Shown: positions 1 to 10,494, counted from the first letter of the stretch. The stretch: DNA of 64,000 bases from Candidatus Bathyarchaeota archaeon (GCA_963769425.1 CAVYLP010000003.1:128001-192000); one strand, 5' to 3'. The notes: generated by a model not told the origin, from the letters alone. Program-made: numbers and translations.

Positions 1-66
1 GTGAAATCGGGTGACATAGCGCCCCAACTGGAGGAGTTGAAGGCGGCCCTCCAGAAGCTCATCTAG
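1..66 (+). CDS. C-terminal end of a probable CsoR/RcnR-family metal-sensing repressor (partial)
   Basis: Reads VKSGDIAPQLEELKAALQKLI-stop, like a CsoR C-terminal helix; lies directly upstream of a P1B ATPase. Confidence 0.5.
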   Translation: MKSGDIAPQLEELKAALQKLI

Positions 67-74
67 GTGATGAC

Positions 75-1909
75 ATGGCAGCAACCTGGAAGAAGATAAT
101 ACTGGCGATCAGCGTCGCTTTAGCCGCGGTCAGCTGGCTCAGCCAGACCTTCGGCCTCCTGCCACTGGAGACATCCACCATCATCGGCATGATCGCCGCG
201 GGCCTCGGGGCCGTCTTCATCGGTGACAGCGCCTTCCGAGCCCTCCGCGAGGGGAACTTCGGCATAGACATCCTCGCCACCTTCGCCGTCGTCGCCTCAA
301 TATACGTCGGAGAATATGTCGCCGCGGCCGTCGTGGTCCTGATGCTTGGTGGCGGCGAGATCCTCGAAGACTACACGAGCGGCAGGGCCTCCGTGGCGAT
401 CGAGAAGCTCGTGGAGGAGTCGCCGAAGACGGCGATCGTTGTACGGGACGGCAAGGAGTTGGAGGTGCCCATTTCCGAGGTTAAGATAGGGGAGACCGTC
501 GTCGTCAAGCCTGGGGGTAAGATCCCCGTAGATGGCGTAGTGAAGTCAGGTAATGCTTCCGTTAATCAGGCGTCGATCACCGGAGAGTCGATGCCCGTCG
601 AGCGCGGTGTCGGCGAGAGCGTCTTCGGCGGCACGATCATCGAACTCGGCAGCCTCGACGTAGAGGTGACGGCGATCGGTGAGCAGAGCACCTACGGCAA
701 GATAATAAAGATGGTCGAGGAGGCGGAGAAGCACAAGGCACCCATTGAGCGCACGGCCGACAGGTACGCCAAGTACTTCACGCCTATTATCCTCGGCCTG
801 GGCGTGATAGTCTACATAGTTACAGGTAGTCTCCTCAGGGTCGCGGCGCTCTGGGTCATCGCATGCCCATGCAGTCTTACCCTGGCAACGCCCATGGCCG
901 TCGTCGCAAGCATAGGCAACTCGGCCCGCAAGGGCATACTGATACGCAACGGTGAGAGCCTCGAGAGGCTGAGCAGCGTCGACGTCCTCGCCCTCGACAA
1001 GACCGGAACTATAACCACCGGGCGCCCCGAGGTCGTGGCCATTAAGGCCTTCGACGTGGAGGAGAGCGTCGTACTCGGTGTCGCCGCCACCGCGGAGAAG
1101 CGGTCCGAGCACCCCCTCGCCCAAGCCATCCTGAAGAAGGCTAATGAGGACGGGGTAAACGTCGATGATCCTCAGAATCTGGTGATGGAGCCGGGTCTTG
1201 GAGTCACGGCGGAGACGAAGGATGGGGCCATCCTCGTCGGCAACGACAAACTACTGGCTAAAAATGGTGTCAAGCTCACCAAGGAGGCATCTGAGTACTC
1301 GTCGTCGGTCGAGTCAAACAGGACACTGATCTACGTCGCCCGTGGCGGACATCTACTAGGCGCGATCGAGGTCGCGGACACCGTCAGAGGCGATCTTGTT
1401 GGCACCTTCAAGGAGACGAAGAGGTACGTGAAGAAGACGATCATGCTCACCGGCGACAACGAGTCCGTTGCGAAGACGATCGGCGAGCAGGTAGGCGTCG
1501 ACGAGGTGTTCTTCAACCTACTCCCCGAGCAGAAGGTCGAGAAGATCAAGGAGCTGAAAGCTCAGGGGTACAAGGTCGCCATGATCGGCGACGGCGTAAA
1601 CGACGCACCGGCCTTGGCCACGAGCGACGTGGGGATCGCCATGGGCCTTAGAGGCACTGATGTAGCCATCGAGACCGCGGGGGTAGTCCTCGCTACAGAC
1701 GACCTAAAGCGGATACCCAAGCTCCTCAGGATCGGCACCTCGACGATGACGGTCATAAAGCAGAACCTAGTCTTCGCGATGACCGTGAACGTAATAGGGA
1801 TAGGGCTGAGTGTGACCGGCATCATCCCGCCGCTAGTCGCCTCCGTCATACACGAGAGCAACGCCCTCTCGTAATGCTGAACTCACTCCGATTACTGCGA
1901 ATCGACTGA
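75..1909 (+). CDS. Heavy-metal translocating P1B-type ATPase; frameshift near 1868, corrected C-terminus ...HESNALLVMLNSLRLLRID
   Basis: TGES, CPC, DKTGT, SEHPL, TGDN and GDGVNDAP motifs; the conserved NSLRL tail is in another frame ending at TGA 1907-1909. Confidence 0.93.
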
Positions 1910-2473
1910 CTTCTCCATATTCAAGTCCTCCGAATCTAAAAAGGGAAAAAGCCTCTTGAACGGTACCCAGCACCCCGTCTTAAGGTTGTAGAACCACGCC
2001 TTGTTAATGTCCTCAAGCAACTTCTCGGTGATAGTGGCCAAGATTGGGTAATGGGCGTTTTCTACCTCCACACTCGAAGCGATCACGGGCACTATCCCCT
2101 CAGGATAATCCCACGCGCGGTCCTTAAGGACCGTACATGTCATATCGAATGTCTTCACGACTTTAAGGCTCTGGTTTATCACGGGGACAAAGGGGTAAGA
2201 TCTGCAAATAGTGGGGCGGTAGGCGTGCATCGTGCATCCACCGAGCCTTCTATGGGGACAGGAGTTGAGACGCATCTGATAGGTTATGATTTCAAATTCA
2301 GGATCCTTTGGGGAAACGCCTACTCCATAAGCGGGTCTTACTTGGTCTTTTCTGAATAGTTCGACCTCCCCGGGAAGGAGAGGTAGTCATTCGCGGACAC
2401 CTTGTCTATCAATGAGTAGTCTGTTGCAGCAGATCCCGCAGTTGATGCAGTGGTAGACTATTGGCTCGGGCAA
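1892..2473 (-). pseudogene. YkgJ-family Fe-S/Zn cysteine-cluster protein interrupted by an in-frame TGA at 2387-2389
   Basis: From TTG 2473: CINCGICC ... RE*LPLLPGE ... CPH..GGCTMHAYRPTICRSYPF, all in one frame. Confidence 0.7.
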
Positions 2474-2502
2474 GGCTGAAAAGCTGGTGTGGCTTCCCCG
2501 AT

Positions 2503-2805
2503 TTAAAGCCGCTCAAGTTTGAAGACTACAGGGCGTAGCCCGTCGGTGCAGCAGGAGATCATGAAGCCTTTTTTCTTTATCCAAGGAAAATCTCCACCCA
2601 TGGCGAGATGAACCACGTCTCTCTGAATATCCGACCATGCCCAGGAGCAGAAACCTTCAGGCATACTCATGCCCTTAGAGATGTACTCCTTCCCATCCTG
2701 CATTACATTACAGGTTGGCTGCATCTCAACATCGGCATACTCCTTAAAGATTTCATGAGTAGGAAGCTTCTTAGCCACGGTTATTTTAACGTCTGAGAAC
2801 TTCAT
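2503..2805 (-). CDS. TIGR04076-family protein
   Basis: PEGFCSWAW and CCTDGLRPVVFKLERL signatures. Confidence 0.85.
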   Translation of the reverse strand: MKFSDVKITVAKKLPTHEIFKEYADVEMQPTCNVMQDGKEYISKGMSMPEGFCSWAWSDIQRDVVHLAMGGDFPWIKKKGFMISCCTDGLRPVVFKLERL

Positions 2806-2988
2806 CTATATACCCAAATAAAATAATGGTTTTTTTAGTTAATAATGGTACCCTTATTGGATCACTTTTTAAAAATGTTAATTTCTGTGAGGGAATACTT
2901 GCGAATATCTTAGTGACTGGAACATGAAATGCATGGGTCGTATGCTCTTACCAACATTTCCATGGTGAGCTCGATTTCTCTATCCGCC

Positions 2989-3185
2989 TTATTCGCGTTG
3001 GGGGAAGAAATACTTCTTGGGAGGGAGAAGAGTTACCTCATAATCAGGCCGAAGCTCATCGGGAGAATCGAGTACATCGAAGACATATTTGTCGCCTCTG
3101 GACTTGACACCTATCGTCGCCAGATATAGTCTTTTATCAGATTGGCTATGAATTCTGTAAAATCTTCCTTGGATATTATCTTCAT
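2989..3185 (-). pseudogene. Truncated N-terminal relic of a sulfhydrogenase beta (HydB/AsrA-like) Fe-S subunit
   Basis: MKIISKEDFTEFIANLIKDY, frameshift, then IGVKSRGDKYVFDVLDSPDELRPDYEVTLLPPKKYFFPQRE-stop; LPPKKYFFP is typical of this family. Confidence 0.6.
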
Positions 3186-3438
3186 TAGATCGACACTAAA
3201 AACGATAAGGTATCCTTTACAAAGAAAATACTTGCGTACAGTAAATGGTGTATATACTTGTTTGGAGCCGCCGGTAAGGACACTATTTTTGTTTAATTTG
3301 TTTATTTTAAGTATAACCGGTGTCTTTATCGTTTTTATTAACAAATATAAATTGATGAATGAAACTGCTCATCTCTTTTTTCCAACCAGCCAAAGATAAT
3401 GCCTGCTACAAACTTCAGAACCCATAACCAGTAAATCA

Positions 3439-3966
3439 TTGATTAAAAAAATGGTGTCTAAAAGCGTTAAAATCAGGTTAATCTATATAACAAAGACAAA
3501 CTGGCTATCCATAAAACAGATAACCAATGCAAAGGAAAAAAAGAGCGTGAAAATACCAAAACCCAGGCGACGATACGTGAGTATCGGGAACGTGACCCGT
3601 AGATCCCGCTATGAACCTAGACCTCGACGTATCCGAATCGACCCATCCACCAAGAGGGAGTTGTTCATCTACGAGACCGATAAAACAAAAGCCGCAATAC
3701 AGAAAATAATAGACGACCCCGAGACCCCAGACAAGATCCGAATACAGGCAGCGAACTGCTACGCCAATTTAATAAGGGTCAGCTACCAGATGGTGAGGGA
3801 CATAGACATCGAGGACGTCGAGCGCCAAATAGAAGAGCTCGAAGACGAATTTAACAAGCAAAGGGACAACGATCTCGACTTCTCGCCCCAAGCCGACTCC
3901 ACACACACAGAAGATGAGGAACAAAAACAACCCTCGAAAACTACTACCACAGTAGGTGCGACATGA
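3439..3966 (+). CDS. Hypothetical protein (basic N-terminus, helical/coiled-coil C-terminus); start uncertain, possibly GTG 3547
   Basis: Long ORF in an A-rich, compositionally atypical segment; ATGA overlap with the next ORF. Confidence 0.55.
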   Translation: MIKKMVSKSVKIRLIYITKTNWLSIKQITNAKEKKSVKIPKPRRRYVSIGNVTRRSRYEPRPRRIRIDPSTKRELFIYETDKTKAAIQKIIDDPETPDKIRIQAANCYANLIRVSYQMVRDIDIEDVERQIEELEDEFNKQRDNDLDFSPQADSTHTEDEEQKQPSKTTTTVGAT

Positions 3967-4355
3967 GAACCTACATATATACACCAAACGAGAGAAGAGC
4001 TCTAACCGCCTGGCTTAAAGGACAAGCAGAGCGGAAAGACTCAGCCTCCCTAGATCAGGTCCTCACCAGAACAAAGAGCAACCGCGCAGCCCTTACTCGG
4101 GACCTTCAGCTACTCACGCTCACGACCAAGAAATTACACGCTGAGGGACGTAAACGGCACAAATCCGACCTAGAGGTTACTATCGCCGTCGCCCCCCTCA
4201 CTCTTGAGGCAGCGAACAGAGAAACCTACACACTGCTCCCCACGCTTCGTCGGTCAGAGGAAACCGCAAACGACCCAGCAGCACCAACAGATGTGCGCCT
4301 AGACGCCTTTCAAGAAGTTGCACGCATAGCCAAGGAGATCAGAGGAACAATCTGA
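3963..4355 (+). CDS. Hypothetical protein
   Basis: 130-aa ORF translationally coupled to the upstream ORF. Confidence 0.55.
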   Translation: MRTYIYTPNERRALTAWLKGQAERKDSASLDQVLTRTKSNRAALTRDLQLLTLTTKKLHAEGRKRHKSDLEVTIAVAPLTLEAANRETYTLLPTLRRSEETANDPAAPTDVRLDAFQEVARIAKEIRGTI

Positions 4356-4615
4356 CAAAAAAACAGGATACCATAAAAGGAATCCACAAAAACAGGAGAA
4401 AAAAAGGGAGTTACAATCCCCAAAGTAGCTTCCGCGTTCACAGGGAACACCCAACAACACTGGAATAGCAAGCCGTCAAGGACTGATCAAAGCTCCATTG
4501 TTTAAAGGAGGTGGTCATACGTTTAAAACGATCAGAAAAAATCAAATCAGGAGAAGCATTTACAACGACTTAAACCCCAAACAGACCCCTAAAAAATCTC
4601 CGTTAGGTTTTTTGT

Positions 4616-4692
4616 TGGTGCCGCTGGTGTGATTTGAACACACAACCCCTCGGTCTTCAGCCGAGCGCTCTCCCAGGCTGAGCTACAGCGGC
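4616..4692 (-). tRNA. tRNA-Phe (GAA), CCA encoded
   Basis: Cloverleaf GCCGCTGTAGCTCAG...CTCGG CT GAA GA CCGAG...GTTCAAATC...CAGCGGCACCA; upstream GAAAATCTTTATA promoter. Confidence 0.97.
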
Positions 4693-4754
4693 GCGACAAA
4701 CCATAGGCTGGGGGAATTGATATAAAGATTTTCGTCGTGTGATAGGTTTCGCCG

Positions 4755-4982
4755 CTAGACGGCGTCACCAGTCATCGAAGCGCCGTTCTTTTTGGCGACC
4801 TCGACCACAATGCCGACCTGCCTGGGGTCCATCCCCTTTCCAGCCAGCACTTCAACGAGACCGTCAAGGCTCTTTATCTCCGGGTCCTCTATTGCTCTCA
4901 TTATTCGCCTCGCGTCGTAGTACCCCAAGGCGCTCCTCAGGTCCCTGTAGAGGGCCTTCCTAAACAGCGTGCTCAGCTTCAT
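4755..4982 (-). CDS. Small hypothetical protein closing the hydrogenase operon (possible assembly factor)
   Basis: MKLSTLFRKALYRDL..., overlaps the end of the small-subunit gene; GGAGGG RBS upstream. Confidence 0.55.
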   Translation of the reverse strand: MKLSTLFRKALYRDLRSALGYYDARRIMRAIEDPEIKSLDGLVEVLAGKGMDPRQVGIVVEVAKKNGASMTGDAV

Positions 4983-5457
4983 CTGATCCCTCCCTCCTCG
5001 AAACCTTCTGCTCGACCTTGCCGAGCCCCAGCAGTAGGCCGTGTATGAGCGCCTCGGGTTTCGGCGGACAGCCGGGCACATAGACGTCCACAGGCACCGC
5101 CTTGTCGACCCCACCGACGACGGTGAAGCTGTCATGGAATATCCCACCACCGCAGGCGCAGCTACCGATAGCGACGATCAGCTTCGGATCGGGAGCCGCT
5201 TCGACCGCATTCCGCAGCGTGGCGGCCGACTGCCTCGTAACCGGTCCTGTCACAAGCAGGATGTCCGCATGCTTCGGGCTTGACACCCTCTTCACTCCGA
5301 ACCTCTCCGCGTCGAAGTAGGGGGTGAGCGTGTCGATTATCTCGATGTCGCACCCGTTGCACCCGCCGGTGTTGACGTGGAAGACCCACGGGCTCCTGCC
5401 GAGCCTCCTGATCCTCTCCAGTTTCCCCTCGGCGTCTAGGCTGCGTTCACTGCTCAT
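4960..5457 (-). CDS. Group 4 [NiFe]-hydrogenase small subunit (HycG/NuoB-like)
   Basis: GGCNGCDIE, SPKHADILLVTG, AIGSCA, VPGCPPKP; start re-called at ATG 5457. Confidence 0.93.
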   Translation of the reverse strand: MSSERSLDAEGKLERIRRLGRSPWVFHVNTGGCNGCDIEIIDTLTPYFDAERFGVKRVSSPKHADILLVTGPVTRQSAATLRNAVEAAPDPKLIVAIGSCACGGGIFHDSFTVVGGVDKAVPVDVYVPGCPPKPEALIHGLLLGLGKVEQKVSRREGSDEAEHAV

Positions 5458-5986
5458 CCTTGACCCTCCTGTAGGCGTCCGCGGACGCGTCGCCCCAGCG
5501 CGTCTTCTTGCACTCGGGGCAGAGATGAACCATTCCCTTGAGGCTCTTGTCGAGTTCGTATGCAAGTTCCCCATACTCCGCGAGGGTGTATTCGAGCGCA
5601 CGCTCGGTCGTGAAGTAAGAGCCGCACCCCTCGCACTTCACCCTCCGCAGCCGCAGCTCGACTTCTAGCGCCTCCTTGGTGGTGGAGGCGAGCTCGTAGT
5701 CCTCAGAGAATCTAATGGCGTCTACTGGGCAAACCTCCTCGCAGAGGCCGCACATTATGCACCTACCGTAGAATAACTTCAGCTTCCACGACTCCTCTTG
5801 CTCCTCGATGGTCAGGGCGTTGGGCGGGCACACGCGTGCGCATGCGCCGCAGCCGATGCAGGTGTCGAACCCGATCTCGGGCCTCCCCCTCAGCCCCTCG
5901 GGCACCGGCCTCCTCTCGGAGGGGTACCTGTAGGTGACCCTGCCCTTCCCGATGCCGAGTCGGAGAAGCTTGATGACACCACTCAA
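5447..5986 (-). CDS. Hydrogenase 2x[4Fe-4S] subunit (HycF/NuoI-like)
   Basis: CIGCGACARVCP and CIMCGLCEEVCP, plus the C-terminal CEGC/CPEC pair typical of HycF. Confidence 0.92.
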   Translation of the reverse strand: MSGVIKLLRLGIGKGRVTYRYPSERRPVPEGLRGRPEIGFDTCIGCGACARVCPPNALTIEEQEESWKLKLFYGRCIMCGLCEEVCPVDAIRFSEDYELASTTKEALEVELRLRRVKCEGCGSYFTTERALEYTLAEYGELAYELDKSLKGMVHLCPECKKTRWGDASADAYRRVKDEQ

Positions 5987-7650
5987 ATAAGTCGCCTCCC
6001 AAGGTCCTCACCTGAGACGACTCTCTCCACGCCACTCCCCACGTCGACGATAGCAACTCTCTCCGCGCAGGAGATGCACGGGTCGATGCTGCCTATGATG
6101 ATGGAGGCGTCCGCAAGCGTCTCCCCCACGAGCATCAGCTTCGCCGCGGGTAGGTTCGCGTAGGTTGGCGCCCTAACCCTCCACCGGTAGACGGTGTTAT
6201 CCCTCCCAGTTATGAGATAGTGCGCGTCCGTTCCCCTAGGGCCCTCAACTAGTCCCACGGATGTCACGTCGGACGGTATGTAGTCGATGGGCTGATGCAC
6301 AGGGCCACCGGGGATCCCCTCGAGGACCTGCCTCATGATCTTGATGGACTCTAGTGTGTCGTTGGCTCTGATGAGTGTCCGCGCGAGGACGTCCCCGCCC
6401 GACTCCACGGGGGTCTTGAACTCGAGGCTGCCGTAGGCCTCGTAGGGGAAGTCGCGTCTGACGTCCATGTCGACGCCCGAGCCCCTGGCGAGGGGACCCG
6501 TCACGGAGTGCCTCTTCGCCTCCTCGTTGGATAGACGACCTACACCCTTTAGCCTCCGCTTCAGGGTGTCGATGTCGAGGACCGCACCGAGTAACTCCTC
6601 GTATTCGAGTTGAACTTCGCCGATGACCTTGAGGGCCTCCTTCCTCCTGTCCTCCCTTATGTCCCTCCTCACGCCGCCGGGCACGATCATCCCGTACTGC
6701 TTCCGGTTCCCCGTGAGGAGCTCGGCGAGGCCCATCACCCTGTCCCTCACCCTCCAGAACTGCATGAGGCCGGTGTCGAAGCCGACCATGTGGGAGGCGA
6801 CGCCCAGCCAGAGCAGGTGGCTATGTATCCTCTCCATCTCCAGCATAGCGACGCGTATCCACCTCGCCCTCTCCGGCGGTTCGAAGCCAGCCGCCCCCTC
6901 AAGGGCCTGAGAGTAGGCCTCGGCGTGGACGGAACCACAGATGCCGCAGACCCTCTCCGCGATGAAGGGTATAGTCTCGTATGTGAGCCTCGTCTCCGCT
7001 ATCTTCTCCAGTCCCCTGTAGTTGAAGCCCGCCCTGAGGTCGACGCCCATTATCCTCTCCCCGTCGGCGTGGAACCTGAAGTAGATGGGCTCGTGTATGG
7101 CGAAGTGGTAGGGGCCGTAGGGGATCACGTTGAACATCGGGGCGTCCTCAGGCGCCTCAAAGGGGAAGCTGCCCGTCTCCTTCGTCGGTACCTGCGTATC
7201 GACCTTGAAGCTCTTCCTCATCGGGAAGACGTCATCGGGCCAGTCGTCTGCCATGAGCAGTTTCCTCGGGTTCGGGTGACCCACCGGCGTGAGGCCGAGC
7301 GACTCTTTGGCCTCCCTCTCATACCAGTCCGCGCTTGGGACCAAGGGAGTGACTGAGGCGAAGGACTCGTCCCCTCTCCTCGTCGTGGCCCTGAAGACGA
7401 TGGTCTGCCCAAGCCTGTACCATCCCAGCACATAGTCTACGAGGTAGTCATCCTCGGTGTCAACTCTGTCGGTGGCCACCATAGTGAGGAGGTTACCACC
7501 GATGGTGTTGTGGGCGTACTCAACCACGGCTGGGAGATGCTCCTTCCGAAGCTCTATCAGCCAAGTGTTACCGCGTAGGATGCTGGTCGATTTGACCTCG
7601 TTTGGGAACTTTTGCCGAATCTCCTCGACTATGTTTCTCTCCATGTTCAC
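5983..7650 (-). CDS. Group 4 [NiFe]-hydrogenase large subunit (HycE-like, NuoC+D fused)
   Basis: L1 motif ERVCGIC and L2 motif DPCISC intact; C-terminal extension after the motif; N-terminal WYERE NuoC domain. Confidence 0.95.
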   Translation of the reverse strand: MNMERNIVEEIRQKFPNEVKSTSILRGNTWLIELRKEHLPAVVEYAHNTIGGNLLTMVATDRVDTEDDYLVDYVLGWYRLGQTIVFRATTRRGDESFASVTPLVPSADWYEREAKESLGLTPVGHPNPRKLLMADDWPDDVFPMRKSFKVDTQVPTKETGSFPFEAPEDAPMFNVIPYGPYHFAIHEPIYFRFHADGERIMGVDLRAGFNYRGLEKIAETRLTYETIPFIAERVCGICGSVHAEAYSQALEGAAGFEPPERARWIRVAMLEMERIHSHLLWLGVASHMVGFDTGLMQFWRVRDRVMGLAELLTGNRKQYGMIVPGGVRRDIREDRRKEALKVIGEVQLEYEELLGAVLDIDTLKRRLKGVGRLSNEEAKRHSVTGPLARGSGVDMDVRRDFPYEAYGSLEFKTPVESGGDVLARTLIRANDTLESIKIMRQVLEGIPGGPVHQPIDYIPSDVTSVGLVEGPRGTDAHYLITGRDNTVYRWRVRAPTYANLPAAKLMLVGETLADASIIIGSIDPCISCAERVAIVDVGSGVERVVSGEDLGRRLI

Positions 7651-8564
7651 AACCCCAAGGCCGGAGCTAGGTACGCAAGGATCAACGAGAACACCGATAG
7701 GATCAAGACGAAGCCGTAGAACCTCGACGCCTCAAGGAGTCTGAACCTGGCGTTCAGGGACTCGGCGAGTGACAGCACTAGGGTGCAGATAATGAGACTC
7801 GCAAGGTATACGATCACGACAGCGACCGAGTAACCGACGCCGTTCAGTCCCGGTGATACAAGCGCCGAGATGTAGAACGCTGGGATGGAGCACAGGGCAA
7901 GATTCCTGAGGTACTGCCCCAGCTTCAGGGTCCCGAGGGAGGGGCCACTGAACTCGATCAGTGGACCACCCGTGATCTCAGATTCTGCTTCCGCCACGTC
8001 AAACGGGGTCCTCCCACTCTCGGCGAGGAGGCAGAGGAAGTAAGCCAACCCGCTAAAGAGCAGGGGAATCAGAGCCACATACCCGCTCGCTGAGTAGTCT
8101 AGGGTCGTCGAGCCCCTGAGAATCACCAGCGAGACGAGTGACGCGATCATGGAGGGTTCGACAACTGTTGCGAGTATGACCTCCCTGGAGCCGCCGACCA
8201 CGCCGTAGGGGTTCCCGCTCGCGCTTCCCGCTAATGCGAAGGTGAAGGCCGAGAGGACGACCAGCTCGATGAAGACGATTCCGCCATCCAATATGGGCGC
8301 CTGAGCAGTCACTGTCGACATGGTCGCGAACATTGCGAGTGAAAGTACGAGTGTAAGCACGGGCACCATGACGAACAGGATGCCGCCCGATTCGGGAAGG
8401 ATGACTTCCTTCGAGAATAGCTTTAGTACGTCGTGCCACGACTGCGTGACTGGCGGGCCGACCCGGTTCTGGAGCCTCGCCGTTATCTTCCTCCGCAGCC
8501 CGTCGAGGAGGGGCGCGATCAGTATGGCCAACGCAAGGTTTACGACTAGAGGCAGGATGTTCAT
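7647..8564 (-). CDS. Hydrogenase membrane subunit (HycD/NuoH-like)
   Basis: RKITARLQNRVGPP and ESGRTPFDVAEAESE motifs; multiple TM helices. Confidence 0.93.
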   Translation of the reverse strand: MNILPLVVNLALAILIAPLLDGLRRKITARLQNRVGPPVTQSWHDVLKLFSKEVILPESGGILFVMVPVLTLVLSLAMFATMSTVTAQAPILDGGIVFIELVVLSAFTFALAGSASGNPYGVVGGSREVILATVVEPSMIASLVSLVILRGSTTLDYSASGYVALIPLLFSGLAYFLCLLAESGRTPFDVAEAESEITGGPLIEFSGPSLGTLKLGQYLRNLALCSIPAFYISALVSPGLNGVGYSVAVVIVYLASLIICTLVLSLAESLNARFRLLEASRFYGFVLILSVFSLILAYLAPALGL

Positions 8565-9994
8565 ATCATCCCTCCGAGCGCCGTTATGGCTGCTAGAACT
8601 AGGAGAATCAGAACCGGGTTGAGCCTCTCGAGGACCGCAGAGGCGCGGTCATCGGGCACTCTGATTGAGTATATCGGCTTGAATATCTCGGCCCAGGACG
8701 TGAACACCTCACCACGTGACCCGCCCAAATCGGCGATCCCCGCATAGCCGGTTGTCCAAGACTTCCTCTTAACGACCTTAGACCGCGACGCGAAGGCGAT
8801 CGAAACCGCGACTGCGGCGAGGGCGATCAGAAGGAGGATATTCACTGCGTCAAAATGGAAAATCGGTTCTGCTGTGATGATCGCATATGCCCCGAGCGGG
8901 AGGACCGGAGCGAGAGCCGAGAATAAACCTACTAGCGAGAATGCGAGGGCAGGGTATTTCTCACCACTCGACATCGCCGTCCCCGGCTTCGGGAGGCCCT
9001 CGTAGACCAACGTGTACCCTCGGAAGAACACGGCGAGGGAAGCAGCCACCGTGAAGAGCGTCGCGCAGCCGAGAAGGACGAGACCTAAGTCCCCCGAGAG
9101 TCCGCTCCTCATGAATCCCTCGGCCCCGAGGCTCATGACGCTGACGATCGTGAGGTAGGCGACTAGAATCGAGGCGGCCTCGACATTGAGTGTGGCGGAT
9201 AAACCGCCGAAGTCGAAGAGCCCCGACTTCCCGGCCCTCCTGAGCAGGTCGTCGTGCAGACTGTTTATGACGATGAGGGCCAACGCGGACGGTATCAGGG
9301 CGTAGATGAACAGCGCAGCGTCTACCTGCGACGCGACGATTAATAGCCCGAAAGTCACCTGATGGATCGCCGACGACAACGTGGCGAAGTTCTTCGACAC
9401 CATCCCCTGGAAGACGCCGCTGAGCATCATCAAGATACCCAGAACCAGGACGAGTGGCAGCAGTGCGGCGTAGGACGCCCTATTCGCGTTGAGATAAAGT
9501 AACGCGCCGATCGACACGAGTATCCCGATGGACCTGTAGTTCGAGTACATCTCCGACAGCCACTTGTGGAACGGGGGGACGCCGAGGAGCAGTAGGAGCA
9601 CCGGTATTGGGGCGAACTCGAAGCCCATGAATTGAAGGAGGAGCGTCAGAGGTAATACCACCAGCGAGTATAACCCGATCCTGCCTTGAGCCTCCTTCGC
9701 CGAAAGCGCTAGGAAGATGAGGATCGTGATCGAGAAGAGCGGCAGGTACCCAGGAAGCCCGACCGTGGAAACGAGGGATATGAGGGAAAGCCACTGTGGG
9801 TTGACCTCCGGGTCAACAAGCAGCGCGAGGGACGCCACGAGTATCACGACCTGATCGAATCCGACGGCAACGTATCCGATAGCACCCATCCCCAGCAGAG
9901 CCACAAGAACCAAAGTGAGGAGGACTCTTGCCACTCTCCGATTGTAGAGGTAGAGGAGGGCAGGAGCCAGTAGGAGAATTGCCTGGTACATCAA
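8561..9994 (-). CDS. Proton-translocating antiporter-like subunit (HycC/NuoL-M-like), divergent and short
   Basis: GVPPFHKWL and GLFDFGGLS motifs; highly hydrophobic; WTTGY tail as in HycC. Confidence 0.8.
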   Translation of the reverse strand: MMYQAILLLAPALLYLYNRRVARVLLTLVLVALLGMGAIGYVAVGFDQVVILVASLALLVDPEVNPQWLSLISLVSTVGLPGYLPLFSITILIFLALSAKEAQGRIGLYSLVVLPLTLLLQFMGFEFAPIPVLLLLLGVPPFHKWLSEMYSNYRSIGILVSIGALLYLNANRASYAALLPLVLVLGILMMLSGVFQGMVSKNFATLSSAIHQVTFGLLIVASQVDAALFIYALIPSALALIVINSLHDDLLRRAGKSGLFDFGGLSATLNVEAASILVAYLTIVSVMSLGAEGFMRSGLSGDLGLVLLGCATLFTVAASLAVFFRGYTLVYEGLPKPGTAMSSGEKYPALAFSLVGLFSALAPVLPLGAYAIITAEPIFHFDAVNILLLIALAAVAVSIAFASRSKVVKRKSWTTGYAGIADLGGSRGEVFTSWAEIFKPIYSIRVPDDRASAVLERLNPVLILLVLAAITALGGMI

Positions 9995-9999
9995 ACCGG

Positions 10000-10491
10000 T
10001 TAGCCTCCTCCAGGCTGTTTGACTAGCAGCTTCCTTTCTTTCAGCAGCTTCACCGATCTACTCTTGGACTTCTTCACTACATCGTCATATTCGCCATACT
10101 CTATTGCACCGGTTGGGCAGAGTTCTACGCAGGCTGGCAGCAGGCCGTCACTCGCCCTCTCGGCGCAGAGGTCACACTTAGTCACGAAGCCCCTTACTGG
10201 ATCAGGGTCGGGGACCCCCATCGGGCAGGCGAGGACGCAGAGTTTGCACCCGACGCACCTGTTCTGCCTGAGGCTCACGACGCCCTCGTCGTTCCTGTAG
10301 ACCGCGCCAGTGGGGCAGACATCGACACAGACCGGGTTGGAGCAGTGGAGGCACGTTATCGGGACGAGTACGCCGTCGGATGTGGGGCGGACCTTAGCCC
10401 TCGGCTTCCCGTTTACGAACTCGCAGACCCTCTCGCAGAGCTCGCAGCCTATACACCTCTCCATGTCAATGACCTTAACCTTCGCCAACAT
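10000..10491 (-). CDS. 4x[4Fe-4S] electron-transfer protein (HycB/CooF-like)
   Basis: CIGCELCERVC, CLHCSNPVCVDVCP, CVGCKLCVLACP, KCDLC...PACVELCP. Confidence 0.93.
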   Translation of the reverse strand: MLAKVKVIDMERCIGCELCERVCEFVNGKPRAKVRPTSDGVLVPITCLHCSNPVCVDVCPTGAVYRNDEGVVSLRQNRCVGCKLCVLACPMGVPDPDPVRGFVTKCDLCAERASDGLLPACVELCPTGAIEYGEYDDVVKKSKSRSVKLLKERKLLVKQPGGG

Positions 10492-10494
10492 CAG

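Noticed and set aside
5983-7650. Complex I (Nuo) or Mbx/Mbs-like non-hydrogenase interpretation
   Set aside because: Both NiFe-binding CxxC motifs are intact, so this is a true hydrogenase large subunit.
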